From: Octopus sinensis | Lineage: Eukaryota | Assembly: GCF_006345805.1 (NCBI RefSeq) | Contig: NC_043013.1 | Span: 22,072,001-22,136,000, forward strand | DNA length: 64,000 nucleotides | Direction of reading: 5' to 3' | In this document: in pieces, positions 38,366 through 52,029 of the stretch | Layout: every line of letters starts with the position of its first letter | Numbering within the stretch: position 1 is the first letter of the stretch | Program-made: the position numbers and the translations under genes | Notes under the pieces: model-generated | What the model saw: the letters and a program-made list of their open reading frames with translations, nothing else | What the model was told of the DNA's origin: nothing | Database searches by the model: none

Positions 38366-39849
38366 TAATTGTACATGCCTTAGTTTATCTAAGCTGCCTG
38401 AGAATCTGTATCAGATTTTCTTGTAACATTTTCTGTGAATAATTGGTGTCTCATTCACTTAATCCTTGTGTCCAGTTTATGAAGTTATTGGACATCTCTG
38501 ATAGGTTAGTGTTATCTCAGGTAGATTGAGGTCTTATCCAGAGGTGCAGAGATTGAGCTCCTGTACATTTAATATTATAAACCCTGGGTTAGGCACCTGA
38601 CTTTTAGAAACACCTTATTAACCTAATAACAACTTTCAAAGTATTTACATTCTTTAGACTAGAAAAAGATACATTACTGAGATACCACACTGTGGAGCAT
38701 TTTATAAGGCAAAATGATTTGTAGTGAGTGATGAGTGATTGGTTTAGTGGTTAATGAATGTTGTTTAGGAAAGACAGGCTTCTTCTTGTGAATGTATTCA
38801 TTCTATCAATCTATAAATTCTCGTTTGCTTTATTAATAACAATATCATGAGGGAAGCAGAAGTTAGTTGATATATATAATATGAATCTCAAGCAAGGAGG
38901 ATAAAGCCAATTGTCTGACCTCTTCTAATCAGAGATTTCCATCAATAATTTGTAATTAATTTGTGTTATATAGAAGAGGAGTTATATTCAGTTTAACAAA
39001 CTAATTAAACCCCTATAAATCATACATTGCTTTTCCTTATTTATTGCTGAGTTGTGTCTTCATGTGGTGTGTATTTATTGTTAGACACACACAAGTTTTT
39101 AATTGTTTTCCCATCTATTTTTCCAAGCTAATGGAATTTCAATATTTTGAATGTTGGTTATTTTCCTATAAATTTGATCGCTTTTGTATTAATGAAAAAA
39201 CGGTTGTATTTATTAAAGATTTTTGTTTATTGACAACCATGCAAACATTTTGTAAGAATGAGAGAATGAGCTTTTGTCTGAGTGTACAGCACAATAGCTT
39301 GTTTATTTATCATTAATTACATTAGTAGGTGTAGTATGTACTGAGGTTTTTGTTGTTTTCAATGCTTTGCAGATGGTGGTGAACATGCCAGACAAAATGC
39401 TTTGCGGTATTCCAGCTATCTGTATGTTCCGAGTTCAAATTCCACTGGGGTTGACTTTGCCTTTCATCCTTTCGGGGTCAATAAAATAAGTACCAGTTGC
39501 ATACTTGGGTCAATGTATTTCACATAGCCCCTCCCTTAAAATTGCTGGCCTTGTGCCAAAATTTAAAATCGTTATTATTACTTTCATGAGTTTTGCTTCT
39601 TTTTGCAATTTTGTTCCCATTTCTTGCTGAGTGTCTTCCCGATACCTAGGGCAAAGAAACTCATTCTATACATTGACAGGCCATTAAAAATAAACACACA
39701 AGATTGTTCATTTACAAAGTTAAGTTGTATGAATGCAAAAAAGAGAATTGGAAAATGAAAGAAAATGTGTTATTATTAATTTTTTTTTCCTTTTTATCTC
39801 AAGTTTTACATGCATAATGAGTTTTCTACTTGCAGCCTACGGTGCCATG

Positions 39850-41283
39850 CTATTTGTTCTTTTCGGTTATCTAATACTTACCTGATTATTCTGGCTGTGC
39901 CAAGAAGGTAAACCTTTTGCAACAGTTCTACTGGGCACTCTATTCCAGTTTCCTTCATATTCTTCTTGATGCCTTCTGATACTGTTTCCAAGGACCCCAA
40001 AATAATTGGTACTATCTTCACCTTCTTCATTTTCCATAGTTGGGCTATTTCATACTTAAGAGGATTGTATTTACCTATCTTTTCGCCTTCCTTCTTGACT
40101 ATTCGTGGGTCAAAGGGGCATGCAACATCAACTATATAGCATATGTGGTGCACTTTGTCCACCACCACTAGGTCTGGTCAGTTATGCTCTAGCACTTGAT
40201 CTGTTTGGACTGGGAAATCCCAAAGAATTTGGAAGTTTCTGACTCTGCCATCCTCTACAGTTTGTGGTCCAACCACGCCTTGCCCCTCTCTGGTCCAAAC
40301 TTTTCACATAATTTCCAATGTAGCACTTTCACTACCTGATCATGTTTCCACAACTTGTAGTGGTTTTGGGCAAGTCTAGGGTATTCGTTCGTGATAAGGG
40401 CAATGGTTTCAAGGTTAACCATCCAGTTTGTGGCCAAAGCTTGGTCTTATGCTGTCAGTATAAGTTTCCTCAGTCTCTTTTTTTTTAATGTTCCTTTCTT
40501 CAGCCAATGCCACCTATTTTTTCCAGCAATTTCTGTTGTGGCTACGTGGAATTGATTGTGTAGTCTCTTCTTGCGTAATTCTTCTTTGTGTTCTTTTTGT
40601 ACTTCTTCCTTCGTTTTCCCTTTTTTCTCTGCTTTCAATACTCCCTCGTTCCTAACTGACACTAGCAAAGGTTCCTTACTTTCAGCTAAGATCTCATTAA
40701 GCTCTCGTTTCCGATACGCACGCCGTCTTCCACACTTATCAGTCCTCTTCCTCCATTTGCTCTCTTCATGTATAAGCGATCCGTGTCTGCCCACGGATGA
40801 TGGACTTTGTGCATTGTTTGGAGCTTTCTTGCCTTCTTGTCCAACTCCTTTAGCGTCCTCCTCTGTCCACTTCAGGATTCCAGTGCCATACCGAACAACC
40901 ACAACTGCATGCAAGTTTATTTGCAAAATCATATTTGTGGAATTCAGCTTTGAAGCCAATATTTTTCTCACTCATCGCAGGCACTCTCTTTTTGTCTTCT
41001 TCTTCATGTCGTTGTGTTTAATTCCATCTGCCTCAGTTATTCCTGGGTATTTATAACTAGATTGAGATTCAGTTGCTTTCATCATTTCACCAGTTGGCAA
41101 TTATATGCCTTCTGTCCTAACAAGTTTTCCTCATCTCATCACCATCGTAGCACATTTTCAGAGTCCAAAATCTCCCTCTCAATATCATTCAAGCAAATCT
41201 GCACAAACTGGACTAAGCTGTCCAGATCTGCCTAATTTTTTTGTGAACGACTTCAAGTCATCCATGAATAGCAAGTGGTTCAT
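39850..41283 (-). mobile_element. 5'-truncated decayed R4/Dong-clade non-LTR retrotransposon (RT C-terminus and RLE)
   Basis: RKILASKLN, VRYGTGILKWT, LHNQF, WLKKGTLKK, VLHWKLC, IVDVACPFD..KEGEKIGKY and LLQKVYLLGTARIIR. Confidence 0.9.
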
Positions 41284-41455
41284 TATTATTATAATTATTA
41301 TTATTATTATTATTATTACTATTAATTCCACCGAGGTTGACTTTGCCTTTCATCCTTTCGGATCAATAAATTAAGTACCAGTCAAATACTGGGGTTGATG
41401 TGATCAATTATCCCCCTCCCCTCAAATTCCAGGCCATGTGCCTGAAGTAGAAAGG

Positions 41456-41505
<50 letters not shown>

Positions 41506-41529
41506 TATACACTCAACAGATTAGATTGT

Positions 41530-41760
41530 TGGAAAAGAATAGAATCCTAACATCAGGCTACAACAACTAGCCTTAGATGCCAAGAACCCTCCTAAGTATC
41601 CTAGCTGTCCCTAATAACACTGTTTTCTGCAGCTATACTAAACTAGTCCATTTCCTCTATCCTTCTGTTCAGATCTTTAGGGAGAGTTCCCAATCTACCT
41701 GTAACTACTGGGATACGTTTTACCTGTATTTCTCATATTCTCTATAATTCAATCTGAGGC
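41530..41760 (-). mobile_element. Second R4/Dong-like 3' end
   Basis: LQKTVLLGTARILRRVLGI* on the minus strand. Confidence 0.75.
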
Positions 41761-41981
41761 AGGTTGGCATCAAAAAAGTTAAACCTTGTAACTTCTACTA
41801 TTGCTGCTAATGCTACTACTACTACTACCACCACCACCACCACCACTTTCAATAATAATTTCTATCATCATCATCATTATTATTATTATTATTATTATTA
41901 CTCTTTTACTCTTTTACTTGTTTCAGTCATTTGACTGCGGCCATGCTGGGGCACCGCCTTTTTAGTCGAGCAAATCGACCC

Positions 41982-42034
<53 letters not shown>

Positions 42035-42418
42035 GCTGTTGTTGTTTTTGCTGTGCAGTATTTAATTGCATACCTGTACATTTTGAATTTGTCTACCATC
42101 AAAGTTGACGTCTTTTATTCTTCCAAGAATGGTACAATAATCATCAGTTAAGTGCTGGGACCAATATAATCTGCACTCTGCCATCATCTGCCATTCCCCA
42201 CCCCAACAAATACTTTATGTTTCTGTGTTGCATTAGAAACTATTATTAAAAGAAATTGTAGTAGTGGCAGTTGCAGCAGTAGCAGAAGTTACAAGGTTTA
42301 ACCCTTTTGATGCCAATCTACCTCAGATTGCTCTTGGTTCTGTGTTAAAACTTGCGGTTTTAAATTAGTCTTAATTAAAACCTGCCATGAAAATTTCATG
42401 TTAATTTTTCCCCATAGG

Positions 42419-42818
42419 TGCAGGAGTAGCTGTGTGGTAAGTAGCTTGCTAACCAACCACATGGTTCCGGGTTCAGTCCCACTGCATGACATCTTGGGCA
42501 AGTGTCTTCTGCTATAGCCCCGGGCCGACCTATGCCTTGTGAGTGGATTTGGTAGACTGAAACTGAAAGAAGCCTGTCGTATATATGTATATATATATAT
42601 ATGTGTGTGTGTGTATGTGTTTGTCCCCCTAGCATTGCTTGACAACCGATGCTGGTGTGTTTACGTCCCCGTCACTTAGCGGTTCGGCAAAAAGAGACCG
42701 ATAGAATAAGTACTGGGCTTACAAAGAATATGTCCCGGGGTCGATTTGCTCGACTAAAGGCGGTGCTCCAGCATGGCCGCAGTCAAATGACTGAAACAAG
42801 TAAAAGAGTAAAGAGTAA
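42419..42818 (+). mobile_element. Young full-length tRNA-derived SINE (OK-like)
   Basis: Head gcaggagtagctgtgtggtaagtagcttgc, central (TA)/(TG) linker, tail ccagcatggccgcagtcaaatgactgaaacaagtaaaagagtaa; CpGs intact. Confidence 0.88.
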
Positions 42819-43310
42819 TCACCAGTTTAATAATGACAAGGTTATTTTACTAAATTCTTTGTTAATTTTTCAAATTAATCATCGAAACAAGGGCAGTGTA
42901 CTTTAACAGAAATATCATAATGAAAGAGTTAAACTAATGGCAGTATGACCAGTGGTCAATCAAGGAAAAAAAAATCCAAATGAAAAACTAAATAAATAAA
43001 TACAAAGAGTGCTGGCCCTTCTTTCTTTGGTTGTTTGTGACTCACACTGTTTAAGATAGAAAAGTGGATTGTCCAATCAGCTGAAGATTATGGTCAGCTT
43101 ATTAAGCCTAATGAGAAATTACTTGAAATTCCACTCTGTGCTGGTTGTAGAGTCTCCAGTATTCAATGGGTCTGTAAATTCATGTCTCCAAATGATCTGA
43201 TTGTTCATTGTCTGATATGTGTGTGTTTGAGTGTGTGTGTGTGTGTGTGTGAGGGGAAAATGCAATGAGAATGATGAACAAAAAAAACCCATACAAAAAA
43301 TAGATGAGTA

Positions 43311-43344
<34 letters not shown>

Positions 43345-43830
43345 CACACAAGATTCTCATCATCATCTAACATCTGCTTTCCATGCTGGCATGGGTTGGA
43401 CAGTTTGACAAGCACTGGCCAGCTGCCCAGGTTTCAATCGTCCATTTTGGCCCCTTTTCTAAGGCTGCATGCCCTTCCTAATACCACCCACTTTGCTGAA
43501 TGTTCTGGTGCTCTCAAATGGCACCATCATGAGAGCTTTTCTATAGCACCGACATGGGCACTCTTACATGGAGCACTCTTACATGGAGCTAGCACTTCTA
43601 CATGGGTGCTTTATGTGGCACCTAAATGTCATACAAATATATTCACATGCACAGGCCAAATAATACAGCCCCCCCCCACACACACACATACACAAAATAT
43701 CAAAAAAGTATATTCACACACACAAACCAAATAATGTGCACATGCCCTTGCGCGCACACACATGCCCACATGCACACACGCACACGCACACACATACAAT
43801 ATACTTCCATGCAACCAAACACATAGCTTA

Positions 43831-44113
43831 TTTGCCAACATAACATGGCAGTCCTGGTTTAGGACGAATGGTGCTGTAATTTAGTACCAGGAGACATTGT
43901 CTCCAGCTGACTATACGAAACAATCTGTGTCCTTATATTTTTGAACAAGGGAATCTAGCAACCCCACTCAGCGCAAAACAATATCTGTGTATCCCTTCTT
44001 CAAAAATATAAGGACACAGATCGTGTCGCATAGCCAGCTGGAGACGATGTCTCCTGGGGCTAAATTGCAGCAACATTCGTCCTAAACCAGGACTGCCATG
44101 TTATGTTGGCAAA
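43831..44113. mobile_element. Foldback MITE with ~120-bp inverted arms
   Basis: tttgccaacataacatggcagtcctggtttaggacgaatg ... cattcgtcctaaaccaggactgccatgttatgttggcaaa. Confidence 0.88.
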
Positions 44114-45169
44114 AAATCTTTACTACAAAGTACTGTTGCTGAATATCTCACATTGTGAGATTTACAAATTGTAATTTTCAAACACAGCTATTATCTATTT
44201 TACATACAACTTGCTCTACAAGACATTCTTTCCGTCATCTGTTGACTGGAGATTGCAATGATTTTAGTAACTCCTGACAATATTGTTCTTCCAGCAGTGT
44301 TGAGCAGCACCGATGCCATTGGGGAATACCAGAGTTCATTTGGCCTACACTCTACTGACTCTATATATTTGAAATTTTTGTTTCCAATGCAGCCATTTTG
44401 CCAAATATAGTTGTACTGGAAGTCTGCCAGTTATAAGTCATAATAAGGTTCCAGTTGATCTGACAAATAGAACAGCCACCTGCTCATGAAATTAAGGTGC
44501 AACTGGTTGAGTACTCCACAGACTTATATACCCTTAATGTAGTTAGCAGGGAAATTCAGTATGACATAGAATGTGACAAGGCCGGCCCCTTTTGAAATCA
44601 TTTTTGCCATTGGACTGGAGCAATAAAGCAAAAATAAAATGTCTTGCTGAAGGACACAACACACGGCCAGGAATTGAACTCACGGCCTTATGATTGTGAC
44701 CCAATTATCGTAACCACTAAGCCTTCACATAATGTATAATTGGAACCATTCCACCTTCCAGAAACTATTTGGTTTTATGTCTCACGAATGATTTGTTTGT
44801 CATCCTTAGTGTTACTCTTTCTCTCTCTCTCCTGTGTCTCTGCCACATCCATTGTGAAGAAACACAGCACACTCACATATGCCGCCTTCATTGTTTTCAC
44901 ATCCAATTTTCCATGCTTGCATGGGTCAGATGCAATTTGTTGCTGCAGATTTTGTATGACCGGATGCCCTTCCCGTCACTAAACGTCACCTGTTTCCAGG
45001 TAAGGCAGTAAGTATTCCTATATGGGGAATACTACAAGTTTTCAGAGAAGACTAAAAATGAATGACACTGCTTGTGTGACAGTGGCACTCAAGACTATAA
45101 TAGAAGACACTTACCCAAGGCGTCAAGCAGTGCGGCACACACCTGTAGCTGCAGGCATGACTGTGTGGT

Positions 45170-45400
45170 CAAGGTGGCGAGCTGGCAGAAACATTAGCAT
45201 GCCGGGTGAAATGCGTTGCCGTATTTCATCTGCTGTTACGTTCTGAGTTCAAATTCCGCCAAGGTCGACTTTGCCTTTCATCCTTTCGAAGCCGATAAAT
45301 TAAGTACCAGTTATGCACTGGGGTCGATGTATTTGACTTAATCCGTTTGTCTGTCCTTGTTTGTCACCTCTGTGTGTAGCCCCTTGTGGGCAGTAAAGAA
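45170..45400 (+). mobile_element. CORE-type SINE (OR2-like)
   Basis: Same family as 2092-2506. Confidence 0.8.
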
Positions 45401-45984
45401 ACTATGACTGTGTGGTCAAGACGTTCACTTCTCAAACAAGTGGTTTTGGGTCAGTACTGTTGTGTGGCACCTTGAGTATGTGTCTTCTACTAAAGAGCAA
45501 TTGCGTCCATATTCCTTCACACAGCTCTGTCATCCATTGATTTTTTTGCTTTACTTAGCAAAACGATATTGATTTTTTTATTCATAATAATGAGAAAATC
45601 ACACACACACACACAACATGTTTATATTGAAACAAACACACACACACACACATATACACAGCCTCATGTGCAAATACACACAACGAAGAGAAAATTGGCA
45701 AACATATGTCCAACTCTTGACTCAGTAGTTCTGCTTGGAATCAAATAGGATTTGCTGAGTCACACTTTCTAAAAGCAAAGATAAATTTGGATGCATGAGG
45801 AGTCAGAATGACTGTCATAGAAGAAAGGAAGAACAAAAATGAAAGGAAAAGTCTGTTGATTGGAATGTGTGTGTGTGTGTGTGTGTGTGCACACGCGCAT
45901 GTGTATATCTATACACATATACATATATGTACATATATACATATATATTCACACATATATACATGATATACATATATATATACC

Positions 45985-46339
45985 AATGCCTTGTGAGTGA
46001 ATTTGGTAGACGGAAACTGAAAGAAGTCTGTCGTATATATGTATATATAATATATATATATATATATATGTGTGTGTTTGTCCCCCTAGCATTGCTTGAC
46101 AACTGATGCTGGTGTGTTTTCGTCCCCGTCACTTAGCGGTTCGGCAAAAGAGACCGATAGAATAAGTACTGGGCTTACAAAGAATAAGTCCCGGGGTCGA
46201 TTTGCTCGACTAAAGGCGGTGCTCCAGCATGGCCGCAGTCAAATGACTGAAACAAGTAAAAGATAAAAGATAAAGATACATACATACATACATATATAAA
46301 TATATATATAATCATATATATATGTGGTGTCCTGTACTC

Positions 46340-46370
<31 letters not shown>

Positions 46371-46696
46371 CATGTATATATACATGTAGATGTAAGTATG
46401 TACATATATGTATGTATATATGCATATATTTTATTTATTTATTATATTACTATATGACCCAACGCACGTGTTATTTCTCTATTTCTCTTCTCCAAGTTTT
46501 TATTTATATATATATATATATATAGATACATTTCTCGGCTTCCCTTCCTTGGACTATTCCTTTTTCCTATATTTCTGACAAAGTGATCTGCTCGAAATGT
46601 TAAATCCTCCTTTCTTTCCTTTCCTGAGCGTCCAATAACACTATACTTGTTCCACATCCTTGCATTGTTGTGTTTTGTCTTTGTTCATGTTTGGAT

Positions 46697-46742
<46 letters not shown>

Positions 46743-47138
46743 CCTATGTGGTAAGTAGCTTGCTTACCAGCCACATGGTTCTGGGTTCAGTCCCACTGCA
46801 TGGCACCTTGGGCAAGTGTCTTCTACCATAGCCTTGGGTGGACCAAAGCCTTGTGAGTGGATTTGGTAGACGGAAACTAAAAGAAGCCTGTCGTATATAT
46901 GTATATATATATATATTTATGTGTGTGTATATGTTTGTCTGTGCTTGTCCCTCCAACATTGCTTGACAACCTATGCTGGTGTGTTTACGTCCCTGTAACC
47001 TAGTGGTTCAGCAAAGAAGTCCGATAGAAAAAGTATGTGGCTTACAATAAATAAGTCCTGGGTTCAATCTGTTTGACTAAAAGCAGTGCTCCAGCATGGC
47101 CACAGTCAAATGACTGAAACAAGTGAAAGACTAAAAGA
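45985..47138 (+). mobile_element. Nest of two OK-like SINEs (45985-46270, 46743-47138) around Penelope-like short repeats (46322-46700)
   Basis: Family matches to 42419 and to 5311-5410; decayed hammerhead-like core at 46571-46605. Confidence 0.7.
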
Positions 47139-47292
47139 ATATATATACATACATACAAAGTATGGGGGTGTAGTTCACAGGTGATCTAAATGATTAGGTA
47201 CACCAAGTAAGTGCTGTAATGGATTACTGGGGCTCCAGGTGACAGCTGAGATGGTAGTTAGGAGCCATTGCAAATTTCTGATGCAGCGGATC

Positions 47293-47342
<50 letters not shown>

Positions 47343-47593
47343 TATGTACATATATATATATACATACGTGCATATATATACATATTTACGTATATGTGTG
47401 TCTCTGTTTTGTAGCTGGAACAAGGAGACGTGTTCTTGTTTCTCTCCTGTCTCAGCTTGATTTACATGTTTGCCACCACAACCTCGTTTAGGATTAGCAG
47501 CCCTTCCTGTTTGTTTTCACTGTCCTGTTCGTGTCACCAATTTTGACCCTCTGCAAAATCCCAAATTTTATTTAATTTGCTTTGCGGAAGCAA

Positions 47594-47676
47594 CTGTTTT
47601 ATCAAAAGCGTATATTGTTGTTAAATGCTCGAAATACGAGACTAGAAAAATAGCCAACAACTGATGAAGGGGCATT
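47594..47676 (+). ncRNA. Candidate non-circularly permuted (pseudoknotted) hammerhead ribozyme, copy 2
   Basis: P4 ctgtttt/aaaatag; stem III cgtat/atacg; stem I ttgttg/caacaa; stem II aatgctc/gggcatt; GAAA at 47631; CTGATGA at 47661. Confidence 0.6.
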
Positions 47677-47800
47677 CTTTATGTTGTTTGTTTTGTTTTC
47701 CATTTGTGTTTTCATTGTTCGAAAGAATAGTTCATGTTCCATGTACTCATGCTTCATACTCTTTTGTTGTACATGTTTCGTGATGTCCTGTGCCCACTTA

Positions 47801-47838
<38 letters not shown>

Positions 47839-47936
47839 TGTAAGTGTATACATATACGTATGTATATAAGCATAAATATATATAGATGTAAGTATATACA
47901 TATACGTATGTATATAAGCATATATATATATATATA

Positions 47937-47996
<60 letters not shown>

Positions 47997-48183
47997 TCTT
48001 TACTCTTTTACTTGTTTCAGTCATTTGACTGCGGCCATGCTGGAGCACCGCCTTTTAGTCGAGCAAATCGACCCCGGGACTTATTCTTTTGTAAGCCCAG
48101 TACTTATTCTATCGGTCTCCTTTGCCGAACCGCTAAGTGACAGGGACGTAAACTATCTTTACTACAAAAAATAACTTAATGAC

Positions 48184-48560
48184 CTAAGTTTTATCATCAT
48201 CTCCCTCGAAATAGTTACCTTGCACAGCAATACACTGGTCCCAGTGTTCCTGCCACTTTTGGAGTCCAGCCTGGAAGTCATTTTCCATTAGTAAGTGGAG
48301 GACCTTTTGCAATTTTCTCTGAATTTCGACAATCATGTTAAAACATTGACCTTTCAGCTGCATTTTCATCTTGTGGAAGAGATAGAAGTCCGTAGGTGCC
48401 TAAATCAGGTGAATAGGTCAGGTGCAGAAATGATATGGTGTTATATTGAGAACTTGGTGACAGGGTGCATTGCTGTTGTGAAGAATCCAATTCTTTGTAC
48501 TCCACAGATTCAGTTGCTTTTACCAAATGTCTTCATTTAAATGCTTCAAGATGTCACAGT
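48184..48560 (-). mobile_element. Mariner transposase 3' fragment
   Basis: HLTYSPDL and WQEHWDQCIAVQGNYFEGDDDKT; same family as 10445-11266. Confidence 0.8.
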
Positions 48561-49922
48561 AGACAACTATTTAGGAATGTCTTTTTTGGGGGGAAAAATA
48601 TTTACATTTTATAACAAAAAGAACCATTTTCAATCAGATTGTAGCATTAAAAACATTTGGAACAAATTAGGGATGAAAGGATCTAAAAGCAAAATAAATG
48701 GGGTTTATACTGCAAGGTAACAAAAGGACCATAATGTCATTTTGAATTTGCAGGTAAATATTGGTTGCAGGGCTCTGATATGCCAAGAAACTTTTTGGAT
48801 CCTTAACGTTGTGCTTGGGATGACAAGTGAGCAAGAGCCTTTGTGGTCTGCTGTGCTTAAGAATTCTTACTTGTTGAGCCAAGTGAAATCCTAGTCACGG
48901 CTGTTGCCAGTGTCATGTCAATGGCACCTGTGAAATCGTAGTCGTGCAAAAGGCACCCGTGACAGGGACACATAAAAAGCACCCATCAGCACCCATTACA
49001 CTCTTGGAGTGGTTGGCATTAAGAAGGGCTTCCAGCTGTAGGAACCATGCCAAAGCAGACAACTGGGGCCTGATGCAGCTCTCCAGCTTCTCAGTTCCAG
49101 TCAAACCGTCTGATCCATGCCAGCATCGAAAGCAGACGTTAAATGAGGATGATGATGATGATGCTTATGGCCTGTGATAAAAATAATGAACTTGTTGGAA
49201 CTGATGTACAAGATTAATCAGTTTATTGTGTCTGGTGTTGAAGATAGTGATTTACTAAAACCGTTTAGGCCAGTATTAAATTGAAAGAAAATGTACTTTG
49301 TTTATATTTTGAATTCTTTAACTTGCCAATTTATATTTTCTGCTGATAATAGCAAAGCTAATGAAATAGTGGTTTGAACTAGGAATATCAGAGTGTGTTC
49401 TTTTTGTTGGTAGCAAGTAGACATCACTTATTGTGGTTGTACAAAAACCAAATAAAGACATAGTGACTACAAGGTGGCATTCTGTTATATGATTTCTTTT
49501 CCATTCTTATCAACCTTGTAATATTGAGGTAATCTTTCACTCTTTAGCTGGTATGGAATATTTTGTAGAATTCATCTGAGAATTAGTCCTACCAAATTAA
49601 AATAGAGGGTAAGAAATTACCTCCTGTTGGTTTGTTGAAATGCACCCAAATGCCTTTTGGTACAAAAACTGAGTACTGTTTTACAAAGTGTAATAGAAAG
49701 GACTTTGTGGAATGATAACGAGAGTCAAATAGTCAAACAGGATAACATTATATTTGGATGCATCTGGTTCTGAGGAATTGAACTTGAACACAAAACTTTG
49801 ATTGACAAATAGATGAAGGCATACCTATTATTTCAGGGAAATGTATCTATAATTGTTACAATTAATCATTTTTGGGATATTCAATTTCAAAAGAAAATGT
49901 TTGTCTAGATTGATGTTTGGTT

Positions 49923-50212
49923 TTGAACTCTTTGGCATTCGGGTTCCTCTGTCAAATCTAATGCTTATTTATTTGCATTGTTTTGAATTAACCATGCATT
50001 GCTTCAAGATTTGATGATGTGATTGCTTATTTTTAGAATGACATTGTAGGGTAGGTGTGAGAGACCAGACACAGCTGGTTTGAACACAAAACAGGTAGGA
50101 TATTTTAGCTGGATGTGGCTGGTTTAAATGCTGAAGACCTGATGGTTTTGATACATCAAACAGGTAGATTATTTGGGCTGGATATGGATAGTTTAAATGC
50201 CAAAGAGTTAAT
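49923..50212 (+). mobile_element. piggyBac-like MITE, degenerate, with internal duplication
   Basis: Body similar to 18331-18560. Confidence 0.55.
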
Positions 50213-52029
50213 TACAAAGAACTGAAGTCTGTTTTAGGATTGGGAATTTTGCATGGCTGACATTTGTTAAAATATTCTGAAATGATTGAAGCATTTGTGA
50301 ATTTGCTCCTAAAAGATGTTGAAATTTAGTTGGATAAATGTTAAGTAAATAACACTCAATAATTTAGAAAGCAATCTTGTTGAGAATCTGAAGCAAATGA
50401 AAGGTATCTGATATTAATGAATGATCTGCAACAGAAATTACATTGCAGGGTGGCCACCCGGTGCCATTCTGTTTGTCCTTATACTAACAGGGTTACTTTG
50501 TGCTTCTGCTTGGATGAGTGGCTAGATCCATGCGTCTTTGATGTTGTTCTCTTCTGTTAATAAGTAGATGTGATATAAAAGAAAAATAATCAAGTTCCAA
50601 CACCCAAAATTGTCAGCTTTGTTATGCATTTTGGAAACAGCAATGTTTTTATTTTGTGAAACGGAATTGCGACTTTGGTTCATGCAGAGCAAATCAGATC
50701 TAAAAACCCACTTGAAACAAGTGAGGCAGATGGGGCAAACGTGTGGCTAAATGGTCTTTTGAAGGACATGAACTACTTGGAGTTTCATGTTTTGATGATT
50801 CAGGAAGATGCAAAGACACTGGTATTATATTGCATTGTAGAAGCAATACTAAATTGTTTGGAATAAAAATTATAAATGTTCCAGCCATCAGTTATGCAAT
50901 CCTGACTGCTGTTTGTTGAAATAATGCTATGTTTTATAAAGCATAAGATGCCACGTGCATGTGTGTGTGTGTGAGTGTGTAAACCAATTTATCTAACTGG
51001 ACAGATGTTAGGCAGTCATGAAGATAACAAAAAAGAAACAGCCTTATGATTGGCAATGCCCCTTAACTTGCAGCTTTAAACAGACTGTTTTCCTATCCAT
51101 TGCATTGCACTTTCAGTAAGTGTTGTTAATTCTTTGTTATAGAAATTTTCCTTGTTGAACAATTTATTGCAATAGCTAAATTCTTGTCTTGTGAAGCATT
51201 TTCCTCCTAACCAAAAATAAAATGTTAATTTTAAAATTAAAAATATCAAATTGGTTTTAATCTGCAAGTGTCCGCATAATCACTGAGATTGTTGATTTGA
51301 TCCTGTTATAAAAACACAAATGAAATTGTAAGATTTCTCTATCAAGTCTTTGGAATGTTTATGGTTTCCTTCCATCCCATCACTTTCCACATTTGAATTA
51401 TTGATCTTCAACCCTATTACATCATGGTTGTCTGCAACTCTCAGCATTTGAGAGGGTGTTTGTTTTTAAAATGTTTGAACTAAACTGTTTCTCATTTATT
51501 AAAAATTTTTGTTTTCAATTCTTAGAAGGTTTGGGGTTTAAAGTGTGGCTCTGTGGTGGGGAGAGGTTTGCTTTGCAATCACAATTTCTGAATCACTAAC
51601 AGTGTAAATCTAAAACCAAAATCTATTACTTTCATTCTCAAGAGAGATTTAGTGGAAGGAATGGTAAAATTCCACAATGTAAAACTATGTGAATTTACTG
51701 TTAATATTGTCCTGTGTGTTATGAAACCAATCAATTATTATTTGAAAGGAGACAGTTAGGGGTGGGCCTAAAAGTGTTGCTGATTGAACCTACTATATGT
51801 TTGATAATGTCACCTTGTTTGTTCTTAGTAGGATTAATAAGTCCACTTTTAGGGCCAGCTAAGGAATTTGGTCTATGGTCTTTTAAAGAACCATGGTGAG
51901 CTAAGCAATCTCCATTTTGTCATCTCACTTAAAAAGGGAGGCTAAATGTTTTGCTCCTTTTTAATTGAGATTCGTGGATTATAATTTCATCCTAGTCATG
52001 TAATAATGTATGGTGTACAAGACTTGTTC

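Noticed and set aside
44200-44425. Stop-free minus-strand frame (LADFQYNYIWQNG...) and the nearby 43123-43197 segment as nested-gene exons
   Set aside because: No recognisable homology, weak acceptor, and phases do not join.
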